Part shown: one piece after another, positions 19,751-30,518 of the stretch
How positions within the stretch are numbered: position 1 is the stretch's first letter
Layout: each line of letters starts with the position of its first letter
NCBI GenBank assembly: GCA_963714975.1
Contig: CAVQQD010000001.1
Span: 192,001-256,000, forward strand
From: an uncultured Gammaproteobacteria bacterium
GTDB lineage: Bacteria > Pseudomonadota > Gammaproteobacteria > JAURND01
Direction of reading: 5' to 3'
Length of the DNA: 64,000 bases
Notes under the pieces: model-generated
Seen by the model: only the letters and a program-made list of their open reading frames with translations
The model's database searches: none
What the model was told of the DNA's origin: nothing
Translations under genes and position numbers: made by a program

Positions 19751-21094
19751 ATGTCTCAAATCGTTTGGCAGCGTGTTAGAAGTATCAGCATCTACGTTAG
19801 CGGATTGCTGTTTGCTAGCAGCGCTTTTGCTTTTTCCATCCCCTCGTCCAAACCGCTGACTTTGATGGAAATCACTAATTTTGCCTTGCAACATAACCCA
19901 GCGACCCACCAAGCTTGGGCGCAGGCTAAGCTGGCTGCAGCCAATGTGGGCAGTGCGCACTCAGCTTATTTTCCTCAAGTGGCGGCGGGGGCAAGTGTTG
20001 AATATAGCGCCAATATTTTTTCTAATCCGGGCAATACGCCTAATTCGCGGGTGGCTTCTGGGCCTAACATTAGCTTGAATTATTTATTGCTGGATTTTGG
20101 CAGTCGGGCTAATAATGCGCGGGCGGCAGGTTATAACTTAATTGCTGCTAATTTGAGCCAAGATACCGTTATTCAACAAGTCATCCTGCAAGTGCAACAA
20201 GCCTATTATCAATTGCTCGGCCAGCAAGCACTGTTAACGGCCAATGAAACCAGCGTGAAAGAGGCCAACACCAGTCTTGATGCAGCCCAAGCATTGCGCC
20301 ACAATGGCTTGGCGACGATTGGCGATGTCTATCAAGCACGAGCTTCTTTAGCTCAAGCACAATTGAATCTACAACAGAGTCAGGGCAGCTACCAAACTGC
20401 TTTGGGGCAACTGGCGACAACGATGGGCTTGCCAGTCACTAGCAAGCTAGAAGTGGTTCCTTTAGCTGAAGAAGTTCCGACAGCTAAGGTGCGGGAATTT
20501 TGGGGGAATTTTCCACCACATTTATTGCAAAAAGCACGCCAAGCGCGGCCAGATTTATTAGCAGCGCAAGCGCAGGTGCAAGCTGCGCAGACTCAATTAG
20601 CGGCGACGAAAGCTGCTGCTTTACCCACCATCCAGTTTGCCGCAGTGGCCACACCGGAGGGGAATAGTTATAGCGTGAATAATGCGGCGATTAGCTTAAA
20701 TGTGTCTATTCCTTTATTTACCGGGTTCGCGCAAACCTATAGTGAACGCCATGCAGCAGCCCAGGTGATGTCGGCGCAAGCCAATCGGGATCAATTGCTA
20801 CAACAAGTAGAGTGGCAGGTGTGGCAAGCTTACTTTTCGCTGCAAACTGCGGAAAAGGCCATTAGTACCACTGCAGTTTTGTTGCAAAGCAACACCCAAG
20901 CAGCGCAGCAGGCGCAGGGACAATACAAGGCGGGGGTGGGGAATATTCTTGCTGTACTGACGACCCAAAGCGATTTAGCCAGGGCGCGGGTGCAAAATAT
21001 TCAGGCAAAATTGAATTGGTATATAGCCTTAGCGCAATTGTCGGCGGCGATGGGCAGTGCTGAGCATTCGGCACTGAAAACTTTGCGACATTAA
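19751..21094 (+). CDS. TolC-family outer membrane efflux protein
   Basis: Signal peptide, ALQHNP, duplicated OEP helical repeats, QYKAGVGNILAV. Confidence 0.9.
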   Translation: MSQIVWQRVRSISIYVSGLLFASSAFAFSIPSSKPLTLMEITNFALQHNPATHQAWAQAKLAAANVGSAHSAYFPQVAAGASVEYSANIFSNPGNTPNSRVASGPNISLNYLLLDFGSRANNARAAGYNLIAANLSQDTVIQQVILQVQQAYYQLLGQQALLTANETSVKEANTSLDAAQALRHNGLATIGDVYQARASLAQAQLNLQQSQGSYQTALGQLATTMGLPVTSKLEVVPLAEEVPTAKVREFWGNFPPHLLQKARQARPDLLAAQAQVQAAQTQLAATKAAALPTIQFAAVATPEGNSYSVNNAAISLNVSIPLFTGFAQTYSERHAAAQVMSAQANRDQLLQQVEWQVWQAYFSLQTAEKAISTTAVLLQSNTQAAQQAQGQYKAGVGNILAVLTTQSDLARARVQNIQAKLNWYIALAQLSAAMGSAEHSALKTLRH

Positions 21095-21657
21095 AGCTTG
21101 TTTTCTGCCCGCGCTATCTCCAATTCTCGCCCCGGACCTACTTGATAACGACAGAAAGCGTACGCAGCTAAGCAAACTAAACTGGCGATAAAAAGTGCAT
21201 CTCCAGCGATAAATTTTGGAGCTTTGAATATAAACAAAGAATCTCCGATACGATTAAAAAGATCCGGAGCTGTGAGGTCCACAGGTACTATGGCGGCAAT
21301 ATAACAGCCGATGGAGGCAGCCGCGAGCACTATACCGCCTACTTTTGCTAAGGTTCGTCCGGAAAGGCAAATTTCCTCCTTAACATCACTTCCTAATGCG
21401 TGGAACGAAATTGTTTCATATTTGAGGGTGCGAGAATTGGCTCTGAGAGCCAGGCCAATTAACATCATCACCAAAGCAGCAGCACCCAATCCCATAATAG
21501 TGGTTGTAGTGTCAAGCTGAGGGAATGGATTTACATTATCGGCTAGTTTCAGGGTTACCGCCCCCCCGAACAAAATTGTTGCGGTGGTAAAGCAGATACA
21601 TTCTTCAATGAGCCAATAATGCTGCTTATTTGGTCTGGGAGTCAGTATGTTTGGCAC
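21091..21657 (-). CDS. Hypothetical 4-TM protein (paralog of 11466-12158) inserted in the efflux cluster
   Basis: GCYIAA...DLFNRIGDSLF...KFIAGDALF...RYQVGP. Confidence 0.7.
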   Translation of the reverse strand: MPNILTPRPNKQHYWLIEECICFTTATILFGGAVTLKLADNVNPFPQLDTTTTIMGLGAAALVMMLIGLALRANSRTLKYETISFHALGSDVKEEICLSGRTLAKVGGIVLAAASIGCYIAAIVPVDLTAPDLFNRIGDSLFIFKAPKFIAGDALFIASLVCLAAYAFCRYQVGPGRELEIARAENKL

Positions 21658-21781
21658 GTTAATCCTCTTTATTATTTTTCCGGAATGGGGATACGCGGAA
21701 CTTGGGATTATACCAACTCTAAATAATTGTGGGTAGCAAATTACGTTTATTTTGAGGCAAATATCCTATACTCTAGCCACT

Positions 21782-22891
21782 ATGAAATCTTCTACCCTCC
21801 GAATTTTGCTGGTTTTGTTAGCTTTAGTGCTGCTGTGTATTTATATTTGGTTAAGCACGAAACCCAAACTAACTCCTGAGGTGGGTCATGGCCATAACAG
21901 GACGTTTGTGGTTAAACTCGTTGCGCCGGTGATTAAGCCGATGCCTGTGACGCTGCAGCAAGTCGGCAGTGTCGAGGCAGAACAAACGGTCAATATCCTG
22001 CCGCAAGCGTCCGGTGTGTTACGCAACATTGGCTTTACTCCGGGACGTCGGGTGAAACAAGGGCAATTGCTGTTTGAGCTTGATCCCGGGGTGTATGCCA
22101 CCAGTGTTGAGCAAGCAAGAGCGAATCTCGCCCGAGATCAAGCGCAATTAAGTTTGCTCCAAGCAACTGCCAATCGTTTTGCCAATCTGGCGCAATTAGA
22201 ATATGTGACTCAGCAACAATATGAAGAAGCCAAATCTGCTGCCGTAGCGCAAGCAGCGGTGGTAGCTTCGGACCAAGCTCTCCTCAAGCAAGCCGAAATT
22301 CAGTTGGGTTATACGCAAATTCTTGCCCCCATCTCGGGAAAAACCAGCACCATCAATGTGCATATTGGCGATTTGATTTCGGCGAATAGTAGCAGTCCGT
22401 TGGTAGTTATTAATAAGTTGGATCCGGTGTGGGTGAATTTTGCCGTCCCTCAAGCTCAGTTAGCTGAGGTACGCCAATATCGGCGGCAAAATACCTTAAA
22501 AGTGGAGATTTTTGCCGAAGGCAGTGAGCAAATATTGGGTCAAGGGCAATTGGTGGTGATTAATAATGTCGTGAATGCGCAGACCGGGACCGTGCAATTC
22601 AAAGCCCGAGTGCCAAACCCACAGCGCAGTCTGTGGCCTGGCCAACTGGTGTCGGTGCGGTTAATTCTCAGCACGCAGCCAAACGCTCTAGTCATTCCGA
22701 CCTCTGCGGTGCAAATCGGGCAACAAGGTAACTTTGTCTATCGGGTTCAGGAAGGCAAGGCGATGGCGCAGCCAATAAAAATAAGCCTAGAAGCACAGGG
22801 CGAGGTAGTGGTAAGCCAAGGATTACAACCAGGCGAGTCTGTTATTGTCGAGGTCCCAGTAGGGCTCCGTGCCGGGAGCAAAGTGCAATGA
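21782..22891 (+). CDS. RND efflux periplasmic adaptor (MdtA-like)
   Basis: N-terminal anchor, VKQGQLLFELDP, TQILAPISG, TGTVQFKARVPN...LWPGQ. Confidence 0.9.
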   Translation: MKSSTLRILLVLLALVLLCIYIWLSTKPKLTPEVGHGHNRTFVVKLVAPVIKPMPVTLQQVGSVEAEQTVNILPQASGVLRNIGFTPGRRVKQGQLLFELDPGVYATSVEQARANLARDQAQLSLLQATANRFANLAQLEYVTQQQYEEAKSAAVAQAAVVASDQALLKQAEIQLGYTQILAPISGKTSTINVHIGDLISANSSSPLVVINKLDPVWVNFAVPQAQLAEVRQYRRQNTLKVEIFAEGSEQILGQGQLVVINNVVNAQTGTVQFKARVPNPQRSLWPGQLVSVRLILSTQPNALVIPTSAVQIGQQGNFVYRVQEGKAMAQPIKISLEAQGEVVVSQGLQPGESVIVEVPVGLRAGSKVQ

Positions 22892-25800
22892 ACCTGTTTA
22901 TTCAACGGCCAGTAGCAACCCTCGTGCTCACTTTGGCGCTGGTTGTTTTTGGCTGGATCGCTTATTTGACCTTGCCGGTGAGTGAATTGCCGGAAGTGGA
23001 TTTTGCCACCATTCGGGTGAGCGCCAGCCTGCCTGGGGCAGATCCAGAAACCGTGGCCAATGCGCTAGCCACCCCACTCGAGAAACAATTTAGCAGCATT
23101 GCTGGCCTGGATTCGATGAGCTCAGTCAGTTCTAGTGGACAAACAGCTATTACCCTACAATTTTCCTTGGCCCGCGATATCGATGTCGCCGCCCAAGATG
23201 TACAAACTGCCATCGCAGCAGCCGTACGCTCCTTACCTGCCGATATGCCCAATCCACCGCAACTGCGCAAAATAAATCCCGCAGCAGCGCCGATTATGCT
23301 GCTAGCCATTACCGGAGATCAGCTCCCCCTGACCAAACTCAATGAATATGCTGAAACCTATGTCGCCCAACGCTTATCGATGCTAGCAGGTGTCGCTCAG
23401 GTGCAAGTCTTTGGTAATCAGCACTATGCGGTCAGGATTCATCTCAATCCCAGCGCCATGACGGCGCGTAATCTCAGCAGTACCGAGGTAATTGGCGCCA
23501 TTCAAGCTGCTAATACCAATCAACCGGCAGGAGTGTTACGCACCAATGAACGGAATTATTCGTTAAAAGCCACCAGCGCCTTTCACGATGCCAAGACTTT
23601 CAATCAAGCCATTATTGGTTACAGCGCGGGAGCACCGATTCGATTGCAAGATGTGGGCTATGCCGAAGACAGTGTCGCGAATAATCAAGTAGGCGCCTGG
23701 TTCGACAATCAGCGCGCCATTATTTTAGCCGTGCAACGCCAAGCGGGGTCAAACACGGTAGCAATCAGCAAGGAAATTCAAAAAGTTTTACCGGAACTCA
23801 CGCAACGCCTGCAAGGCGCGCAATTACAAGTTGTCTACGATCGCTCCACTTTTATCCAAGCCTCATTACATGAAATGAAATTTACCTTAGTACTGGCCAT
23901 TATCTTAGTGGCAGCAGTTATTTGGCTATTTTTAGGCCGAATCGGACCAAGCCTAATTGCCATGGCGTCCTTGCCAGTCTCGTTATTGGCGACCTTCGCG
24001 GTCATGTATTTATTAGATTTCAGCTTAAATACGTTATCGTTACTGGGTCTAGTGTTAGCGGTTGGATTTATTGTCGATGATGCCATTGTCGTATTAGAAA
24101 ATATCGAGCGGCAAAGAGAGCTGGGTTATGATCGTCTCCAGGCCGCCCTCAAAGGGAGCCGACAAATTGTCTTTACTGTCATTTCTATGACTCTTTCCTT
24201 AGTGGCGGTTTTTATCCCCATCTTATTGATGGGCGGATTGTTAGGTCGCTTATTTCATGAATTTGCCTTGGTGGTGGGAATTTCCATCTTAATTTCCGGG
24301 GTGGTTTCTTTAAGCCTAATACCTATGTTATGCGGAGCATTGAATTCTCCCCCTTTGAAAAAGGGGGGTAGGGGGGATTTTCCCTTCCCTTGGTTCGAGC
24401 GATTTTTTTCCGCCACGAACACTTGGTATGACAGCAGTTTACGTTGGTCACTTGAGCATCGCAAAATCATGATGAGTATGATTGGACTGAGCTTGCTGCT
24501 GAGCTGCGTGATGTTTGCCGTGGTGACCAAGGGCTTTATTCCCGCAGAAGATACTGGCCTCATTACTGGGGATACTAAAGTTTCCGTAGGATTACCTATC
24601 AACGAGTTTTTTGCGCGCCAACAGGCCGTGGCTGAAATCATTCGTGCTAATCCCAATGTGGCGAGTGTACTCTCAAGCGTTGGCCAACGGCGCGATGGCA
24701 ATGGCGCCAGCAACAGCGGTTCGCTGAACATTCGGTTACAGCCTTTTTCTGAACGCAAAGCAACCGCGGAGGAAATTATTGCCGAATTGCGACGCTCGTT
24801 GCGATCAGTGCCTGGTATTCAAGTCTCGTTACGCAATCCACCCGCATTGCAATTAGGGAGTGCCGTAACCAGTGGCAATTATCAATATGTACTCCAAGGC
24901 AGTGATTTGTCGCAATTGTTGCCGGTGGCACAAGCTTTTCAAGGTAAATTAATGACTTTGCCACAGCTGCAAGATGTCAATACTGATTTAGATTTAACGA
25001 ATCCCGAAATACGGCTAAAAATTTTATTAGATCGCGCTGCGGCTTTGGGTGTGACTCCAGCAGAAATTCAGAAGAGCTTGTACAATGCTTTTGGGCAGCG
25101 GCAAATTAGCTCGATTTATACTGCTACAGATGAATTTCAAGTCATTGCGGATGTTGACCCACGTTTTCAGCAAAATATTAATTCGCTCAATGCCCTGGCA
25201 GTGCGATCCGCTAATGGCAATCTCGTGCCCCTCAATGCCGTGGTGCATTTAGAGCCAGGAGTCGGTCCTTTAGCCATTCACCACTACGGCCAACTCCCGG
25301 CGGTGATTGTTTCTTTTAATTTAACTCCTGGCGCTTCACTCGGCAGCGTTACCGATGCAATCGAAAAATTAGCGCAAGCAGAATTACCTTTAGGAATTAC
25401 CGGAACTTTTGCCGGCTCGGCGCAAGCTTTTAAAGCTTCCTTACACACCCTACCCTGGTTGTTGGTCATGACTATTTTTGTGATTTATATCGTCTTGGCC
25501 GTGCTTTATGAGCACTTTATCCACCCGCTGACAATTTTAACTGCGTTGCCTTTTGCAGGTTTTGGTGCTTTATTTATGTTGTTTTTATTTCACTTGGAAT
25601 TGGATCTTTTTAGTTTTATTGGCATCATTATGTTGGTGGGTCTGGTCAAGAAAAATGGCATTATGATGATTGATTGTGCACTCAAATTGCAACGCTCCCA
25701 GCAACTCACAGCACATGAAGCTATTTTGCAAGCCTGTCTTACCCGGTTTCGACCGATTATAATGACAACGCTAGCAGCACTGTTAGCAACTTTGCCACTG

Positions 25801-26037
25801 GCTTTAGGTTGGGGTGTGGGCAGCGATGTCAGACGGTCACTGGGGGTCGCTGTGGTAGGAGGATTATTATTTTCACAATTTTTGACATTATACGCGACCC
25901 CGGTGTTTTATTTGGTGTTTAGCAGATTCTCCCCCACTTCTGGGAGAGGAACTGCCGAAGGCTACCAGCTACCTCCCCTCTCCCGCTTGCGGGAGAGGGT
26001 GCCAAAGGCGGGTGAGGGATTGACGAGAAATACCTAG
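22888..26037 (+). CDS. RND efflux permease (MdtB/MdtC-like)
   Basis: FIQRPVAT, GFIVDDAIVVLENI, GLVKKNGIMMID, RFRPIIMTT. Confidence 0.93.
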   Translation: MNLFIQRPVATLVLTLALVVFGWIAYLTLPVSELPEVDFATIRVSASLPGADPETVANALATPLEKQFSSIAGLDSMSSVSSSGQTAITLQFSLARDIDVAAQDVQTAIAAAVRSLPADMPNPPQLRKINPAAAPIMLLAITGDQLPLTKLNEYAETYVAQRLSMLAGVAQVQVFGNQHYAVRIHLNPSAMTARNLSSTEVIGAIQAANTNQPAGVLRTNERNYSLKATSAFHDAKTFNQAIIGYSAGAPIRLQDVGYAEDSVANNQVGAWFDNQRAIILAVQRQAGSNTVAISKEIQKVLPELTQRLQGAQLQVVYDRSTFIQASLHEMKFTLVLAIILVAAVIWLFLGRIGPSLIAMASLPVSLLATFAVMYLLDFSLNTLSLLGLVLAVGFIVDDAIVVLENIERQRELGYDRLQAALKGSRQIVFTVISMTLSLVAVFIPILLMGGLLGRLFHEFALVVGISILISGVVSLSLIPMLCGALNSPPLKKGGRGDFPFPWFERFFSATNTWYDSSLRWSLEHRKIMMSMIGLSLLLSCVMFAVVTKGFIPAEDTGLITGDTKVSVGLPINEFFARQQAVAEIIRANPNVASVLSSVGQRRDGNGASNSGSLNIRLQPFSERKATAEEIIAELRRSLRSVPGIQVSLRNPPALQLGSAVTSGNYQYVLQGSDLSQLLPVAQAFQGKLMTLPQLQDVNTDLDLTNPEIRLKILLDRAAALGVTPAEIQKSLYNAFGQRQISSIYTATDEFQVIADVDPRFQQNINSLNALAVRSANGNLVPLNAVVHLEPGVGPLAIHHYGQLPAVIVSFNLTPGASLGSVTDAIEKLAQAELPLGITGTFAGSAQAFKASLHTLPWLLVMTIFVIYIVLAVLYEHFIHPLTILTALPFAGFGALFMLFLFHLELDLFSFIGIIMLVGLVKKNGIMMIDCALKLQRSQQLTAHEAILQACLTRFRPIIMTTLAALLATLPLALGWGVGSDVRRSLGVAVVGGLLFSQFLTLYATPVFYLVFSRFSPTSGRGTAEGYQLPPLSRLRERVPKAGEGLTRNT
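24347..24380. repeat. Family B REP-like palindrome inserted in frame in the RND permease
   Basis: ctccccctttgaaaaaggggggtaggggggattt encodes SPPLKKGGRGDF; inverted match to the intergenic copy at 7618. Confidence 0.8.
25930..26018. repeat. Family A REP-like units forming the RND permease C-terminus
   Basis: cccctctcccgcttgcgggagagggtgccaaaggcgggtgaggg encodes PLSRLRERVPKAGEG. Confidence 0.8.
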
Positions 26038-26237
26038 GCGATTTGCCTCTCTTTCAAGGGATAAAATCATCCACTCAGGAAAACCTACATTAATATATTT
26101 CACTTCCAGTCCCGGACGTCTTGCTTTTTTAGGTCAAGTAGCTCACTAATGTCGTTACCAGAGTCAAATTTTTCATCAAAATTCGATGCTTCCATAAAGG
26201 GTTACCTCTTCATCTCTTGAGCGTCTGACAGAAATCA
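26019..26237 (-). pseudogene. Degraded BrnT/BrnA-type toxin-antitoxin pair
   Basis: Minus strand ISVRRSRDEEVTLY (BrnT C-terminus). Then from ATG 26195: MEASNFDEKFDSGNDISELLDL / frameshift in A6 run / ARRPGLEVKYINVGFPEWMILSLEREANRLGISRQS, cut by the REP unit. Confidence 0.75.
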
Positions 26238-26450
26238 AAATGTTCGTTTTCGACTGCAGGACTCTGCAAATTGGTTGACTAATTCAAACCACTTATACCA
26301 TAATTCCATACAATCCCTTTTTTTAATTTGTTTTAATTTTTCTTCGGTGGTGAACGAATTAAAAACTTATTCTAATTAGAAAAGAGATCACTTTAAATCG
26401 TTTTTTAAGGCTTGATTAACAAAAATTTCAGAACGCTTAAAAGTTAAGGG

Positions 26451-26577
26451 TGTAGGAGAGCGGTTTTAGATTTAGGAGCTGGGGGGTGGCTAAGCAAACC
26501 GTAGGTTTCAGGGACGTATTCACAGCGTGTTTGCTTAGCCACCCCCCAGCTCCTAAATCTAAAACCGCTCTCCTACA
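26451..26577. repeat. Perfect 49-bp inverted repeat with 29-nt spacer (MITE-like hairpin)
   Basis: 26451-26499 is the exact reverse complement of 26529-26577. Confidence 0.92.
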
Positions 26578-26613
26578 TCCTGGATTTGTGGCTAGAACTT
26601 AGGACTCTCCAGT

Positions 26614-27420
26614 ATGCTTATTTATCCTGCAATTAATCCCATAGCGGTCAAGCTAGGGCCATTCAGCATCCATTGGTATGGCATCATGTACCTGGTGGGT
26701 TTTGGAATCGCCTGGTATTTAGCTTGGCTCAGAGCACGACGCCCACACAGTGGTTGGACCACTTCCCAAGTGAGCGATCTAATTTTTTATTGCGCCATCG
26801 GGGTCATTGTTGGGGGGCGTTTAGGCTATATGCTCTTTTACGACTGGTCTGGATTGGTCGCCGACCCCCTTTCGCTATTTAAAATTTGGAATGGTGGTAT
26901 GTCTTTTCATGGAGGGCTATTAGGAGTGACAGTGGCCGTGCTATTATTTGCCCGCAGAATCCACAGGCCGGTGTTTATTGTTTCGGATTTTTTAGCGCCG
27001 TTGGTTCCCTTGGGTCTGGCCGCCGGGCGCGTAGGCAATTTTATCAACGGCGAATTATGGGGCAGAATCACCGACGTACCCTGGGGAATGGTTTATCCCC
27101 ACGCCGGCCCAGAGCCCAGGCATCCTTCCGTTGTATATGAATTTTTCCTGGAAGGCATTGTCTTATTTATTATTTTATGGCTTTATTCCTCTAAGCCACG
27201 ACCCACCATGGCGGTGAGTGGCTTGTTTTTGCTGGGTTACGGCTGTTTTCGTTTTATGATTGAGTTTTTCCGCCAACCCGATGTCCAGCTGGGATTTGTG
27301 GCTTTTGATTGGCTCACCATGGGGCAGTTGTTATCGATCCCCATGATTTTAGTGGGGGCGGGGTTGATGATTGCTGCTTATTGTCGGTGCAGCCCTGTGT
27401 ATAAGACCCCCTCACCCTAA
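26614..27420 (+). CDS. lgt: Prolipoprotein diacylglyceryl transferase
   Basis: [40 protein letters not shown]. Confidence 0.96.
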   Translation: MLIYPAINPIAVKLGPFSIHWYGIMYLVGFGIAWYLAWLRARRPHSGWTTSQVSDLIFYCAIGVIVGGRLGYMLFYDWSGLVADPLSLFKIWNGGMSFHGGLLGVTVAVLLFARRIHRPVFIVSDFLAPLVPLGLAAGRVGNFINGELWGRITDVPWGMVYPHAGPEPRHPSVVYEFFLEGIVLFIILWLYSSKPRPTMAVSGLFLLGYGCFRFMIEFFRQPDVQLGFVAFDWLTMGQLLSIPMILVGAGLMIAAYCRCSPVYKTPSP

Positions 27421-27458
27421 CCCTCTCCCCTACCCAAGCGCCAACGAGGGAGAGGGGA
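27407..27458. repeat. Family A REP-like unit overlapping the lgt stop codon
   Basis: cccctcaccctaaccctctccc...gggagagggg. Confidence 0.75.
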
Positions 27459-27476
27459 ATAATTGGAAAGGTAACT

Positions 27477-28643
27477 ATGAACTTACATGAATATCAAGCA
27501 AAACATTTATTAGCAACCTATGGAATTCCTGTTCCCCAAGGAGAGGTGGCAGCCAGTGTCGAGGAAGCGGTTGAAATTTCGCAAAAAATTAATGGCAGCC
27601 GTTGGGTGGTAAAAGCGCAAGTCCATGCCGGAGGACGGGGCAAGGCGGGCGGAGTTCGCATCGTAAAAGATAATTCAGAACTGATGCAAGCGGTAAAAAA
27701 CTTATTAGGCACGCGATTAGTGACTTATCAAACCACTGCAGAAGGCCAACCAGTCACTCGAGTGCTGATTGAGGAACCTTCGGCGATTCAGCAAGAACTT
27801 TATCTAGGAGCGCTTATCGATCGGGCTCAGCAGCGTTTTGTGATTATGGCTTCTACTGAGGGGGGCGTCGACATTGAAAAAGTAGCTCATGATACGCCAG
27901 AAAAAATTTTAACCACCACAGTAGAACCCTTAATTGGCTTGCAGCCTTACCAATGTCGAGACTTAGCTTTTGCGCTTGGGCTGAATACTGAGCAAACCAA
28001 GCAATTTACTACGTTGCTGCTCAATCTGTATCGTTTGTTCCTGGAGCGTGATTTAAGTCTGTTAGAAATTAATCCGTTAGTCATTACCCAACAAGGCTAC
28101 CTGCTGTGCCTGGACGCCAAAATCAATATTGATGACAATGCTCTTTACCGTCAAACTGAATTACGGGAAATGCGCGATACGTCTCAAGAAGAAGAACGAG
28201 AAACTCGAGCCCAGCAATGGGATCTTAACTACATCGCCCTGGATGGCGATATTGGCTGTATGGTCAATGGCGCCGGCCTGGCGATGGCCACGATGGATTT
28301 AATCAAACTCCATGGCGGCAATCCAGCTAATTTCTTGGATGTGGGCGGTGGCGCCACTAAAGAGCGTGTCACCGAAGCTTTTAAAATTATTTTATCAGAC
28401 CCCAAGGTGAAAGGAATTTTGGTTAATATTTTTGGCGGGATTGTCCGTTGTGATTTAATTGCCGAAGGCATTATTGCCGCAGTGGCTGAAGTGGGCACAA
28501 AGTTGCCGGTGGTGGTGCGTCTCGAAGGCAATAATGCAGAAATTGGCGCCTATAAGCTTAGTCATAGTGGTTTGAATATTATTGCTGCCCAGGGTTTTGC
28601 TGAGGCAGCGCAGCAGGTGGTGAAGGTAGTGGAGGAGTCATGA
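27477..28643 (+). CDS. sucC: Succinyl-CoA synthetase beta subunit
   Basis: [42 protein letters not shown]. Confidence 0.97.
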   Translation: MNLHEYQAKHLLATYGIPVPQGEVAASVEEAVEISQKINGSRWVVKAQVHAGGRGKAGGVRIVKDNSELMQAVKNLLGTRLVTYQTTAEGQPVTRVLIEEPSAIQQELYLGALIDRAQQRFVIMASTEGGVDIEKVAHDTPEKILTTTVEPLIGLQPYQCRDLAFALGLNTEQTKQFTTLLLNLYRLFLERDLSLLEINPLVITQQGYLLCLDAKINIDDNALYRQTELREMRDTSQEEERETRAQQWDLNYIALDGDIGCMVNGAGLAMATMDLIKLHGGNPANFLDVGGGATKERVTEAFKIILSDPKVKGILVNIFGGIVRCDLIAEGIIAAVAEVGTKLPVVVRLEGNNAEIGAYKLSHSGLNIIAAQGFAEAAQQVVKVVEES

Positions 28644-29512
28644 GCATCTTAATAGATAAAAATACCAAAGTAATTTGCCAAGGTTTTACCGGCAAGCAAG
28701 GCAGTTTTCATTCGGAACAAGCATTAGAATATGGCACCCAATTAGTAGGTGGGGTCACTCCAGGCCGGGGTGGAGAAACCCATCTCGGATTGCCAGTATT
28801 TAATACCGTGCATGAAGCAGTGCAAGAAACTGGCGCCGACGCCAGCGTCATTTATGTGCCCGCGCCTTTTTGTAAAGACTCAATTGCTGAAGCCGCGGAT
28901 GCCGGGGTTTCTTTGATCGTCTGTATTACCGAAGGAATTCCCGTACTCGATATGTTAGTGATTAAAGCCTATGTCCAACAAAAAGGAGTGCGGTTGATTG
29001 GGCCTAATTGCCCTGGCGTCATCACTCCTGGCCAATGTAAAATTGGCATCATGCCCGGGAACATTCATTTACCCGGGAAAGTAGGCATTGTGTCGCGTTC
29101 CGGGACGCTAACTTACGAAGCCGTAAAGCAAACCACTGATTTAGGTTTTGGCCAGACTACCTGCGTCGGCATTGGCGGTGACCCTATTCCAGGCATGAGC
29201 TTTGTCGACGTCTTGGCGTTATTCCAGGAAGATCCTGCCACTGAAGCGATTGTCATGGTGGGTGAAATTGGCGGCAGTGGCGAAGAAGAAGCTGCCAGCT
29301 TTATCAAGCAGCATATTACTAAACCGGTTATTTCATATATAGCCGGAGTTACTGCACCCTCGGGTAAGCGCATGGGTCATGCGGGAGCAATTATTGCCGG
29401 TGGCAAAGGCACTGCGGCAGAAAAATTTGCTGCTTTAGAAGCAGCTGGAGTGCATACCGTAAAATCTCCCGCTGCCATTGGCCAGAAAGTGGGAGAAGTG
29501 ATGGGGTGGTGA
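28640..29512 (+). CDS. sucD: Succinyl-CoA synthetase alpha subunit
   Basis: [31 protein letters not shown]. Confidence 0.97.
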   Translation: MSILIDKNTKVICQGFTGKQGSFHSEQALEYGTQLVGGVTPGRGGETHLGLPVFNTVHEAVQETGADASVIYVPAPFCKDSIAEAADAGVSLIVCITEGIPVLDMLVIKAYVQQKGVRLIGPNCPGVITPGQCKIGIMPGNIHLPGKVGIVSRSGTLTYEAVKQTTDLGFGQTTCVGIGGDPIPGMSFVDVLALFQEDPATEAIVMVGEIGGSGEEEAASFIKQHITKPVISYIAGVTAPSGKRMGHAGAIIAGGKGTAAEKFAALEAAGVHTVKSPAAIGQKVGEVMGW

Positions 29513-29516
29513 ATGG

Positions 29517-30518
29517 TTACCTCGGAATTAACTGCTGATCGCGTTGTACAAATACTCCCGGCAAATAGGCTGCAGAATGACTGGCCCACTGAATTAAATC
29601 ACATTCAATATCTCCACGGAAACAAAGTGGCAAGAACTGACTGGATGGTTGTGAGCCACCCCACTGGTAGGTCAGACTTAAGCCAATAATATTTTCATCA
29701 TGCGCCGGCAAAATGCTACTATGCAAATGACTGGCGGCTAGCTGCAGGCCCAGGCTACGCGAGGAGCTGTGGTACACGGGCCAATGAATATTAGCAGAAT
29801 ACTGCTGATAAGGTTTCCGATGGGCAACTGCCACTTCCAAGGTGATATCGTAGATAAATTTTTGCAAGAAAGTTGCATTTTGACCAAAGCCCGAACTATT
29901 TTTTGCTGATTCATGCTTGGTACTAAAGTGCACTTGATCGTAAGCAATCCCTAGATCAATTTGAGCTCCAGGCCACAGCCGCCAACGTGGGCCCAAATTA
30001 ATTCCTCCACCCATGCCGCCGGTCAAAAACCGCTGATTGATACTACCCTCCACGGTCGGAACATCGCTTAAACGACTACCGTTTGCCTGAAAATAATAGC
30101 CCCGGAAGATAAAAGCCTCTAAATATTTTTTAGTGGCTGCATATTCATACTGCAGCCCAAATTGATTCTGGCCGCTAAAATTCCCATCGGGGTAAGCAGC
30201 AAAATCGAAGGTATTCTCCTGGGCAAAATGTTCGACGGAGAGTTTAATTCGTTGGGTAGGTGTTAACACCCGCCCCCAAGTGAGCCCTAAACGAAATTCG
30301 TTACTGCCATAATCTAACAATAATACTGCAGCATCCCGCGGCGACAGGTAGTTTGCATACTCACTATGTGCTATAAATCCATAAACACTGCTGTCAATGC
30401 CTCCCAGTTCAATACGAGGTAGTAATTCTGCAGAACTTAAGTGCGGAAAAAGTAGGACAGCCAGGACTTGAAACCTTAGCTTTATAACGATTTTCATATG
30501 GTAACTACCAAAACCCAA
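29517..30518 (-). CDS. Hypothetical secreted/outer-membrane beta-barrel-like protein
   Basis: Signal peptide (LSSA-E); alternating amphipathic strands such as GLQYEY, LGIAYD, IGLSLTYQWG. Confidence 0.6.
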   Translation of the reverse strand: MGFGSYHMKIVIKLRFQVLAVLLFPHLSSAELLPRIELGGIDSSVYGFIAHSEYANYLSPRDAAVLLLDYGSNEFRLGLTWGRVLTPTQRIKLSVEHFAQENTFDFAAYPDGNFSGQNQFGLQYEYAATKKYLEAFIFRGYYFQANGSRLSDVPTVEGSINQRFLTGGMGGGINLGPRWRLWPGAQIDLGIAYDQVHFSTKHESAKNSSGFGQNATFLQKFIYDITLEVAVAHRKPYQQYSANIHWPVYHSSSRSLGLQLAASHLHSSILPAHDENIIGLSLTYQWGGSQPSSQFLPLCFRGDIECDLIQWASHSAAYLPGVFVQRDQQLIPR

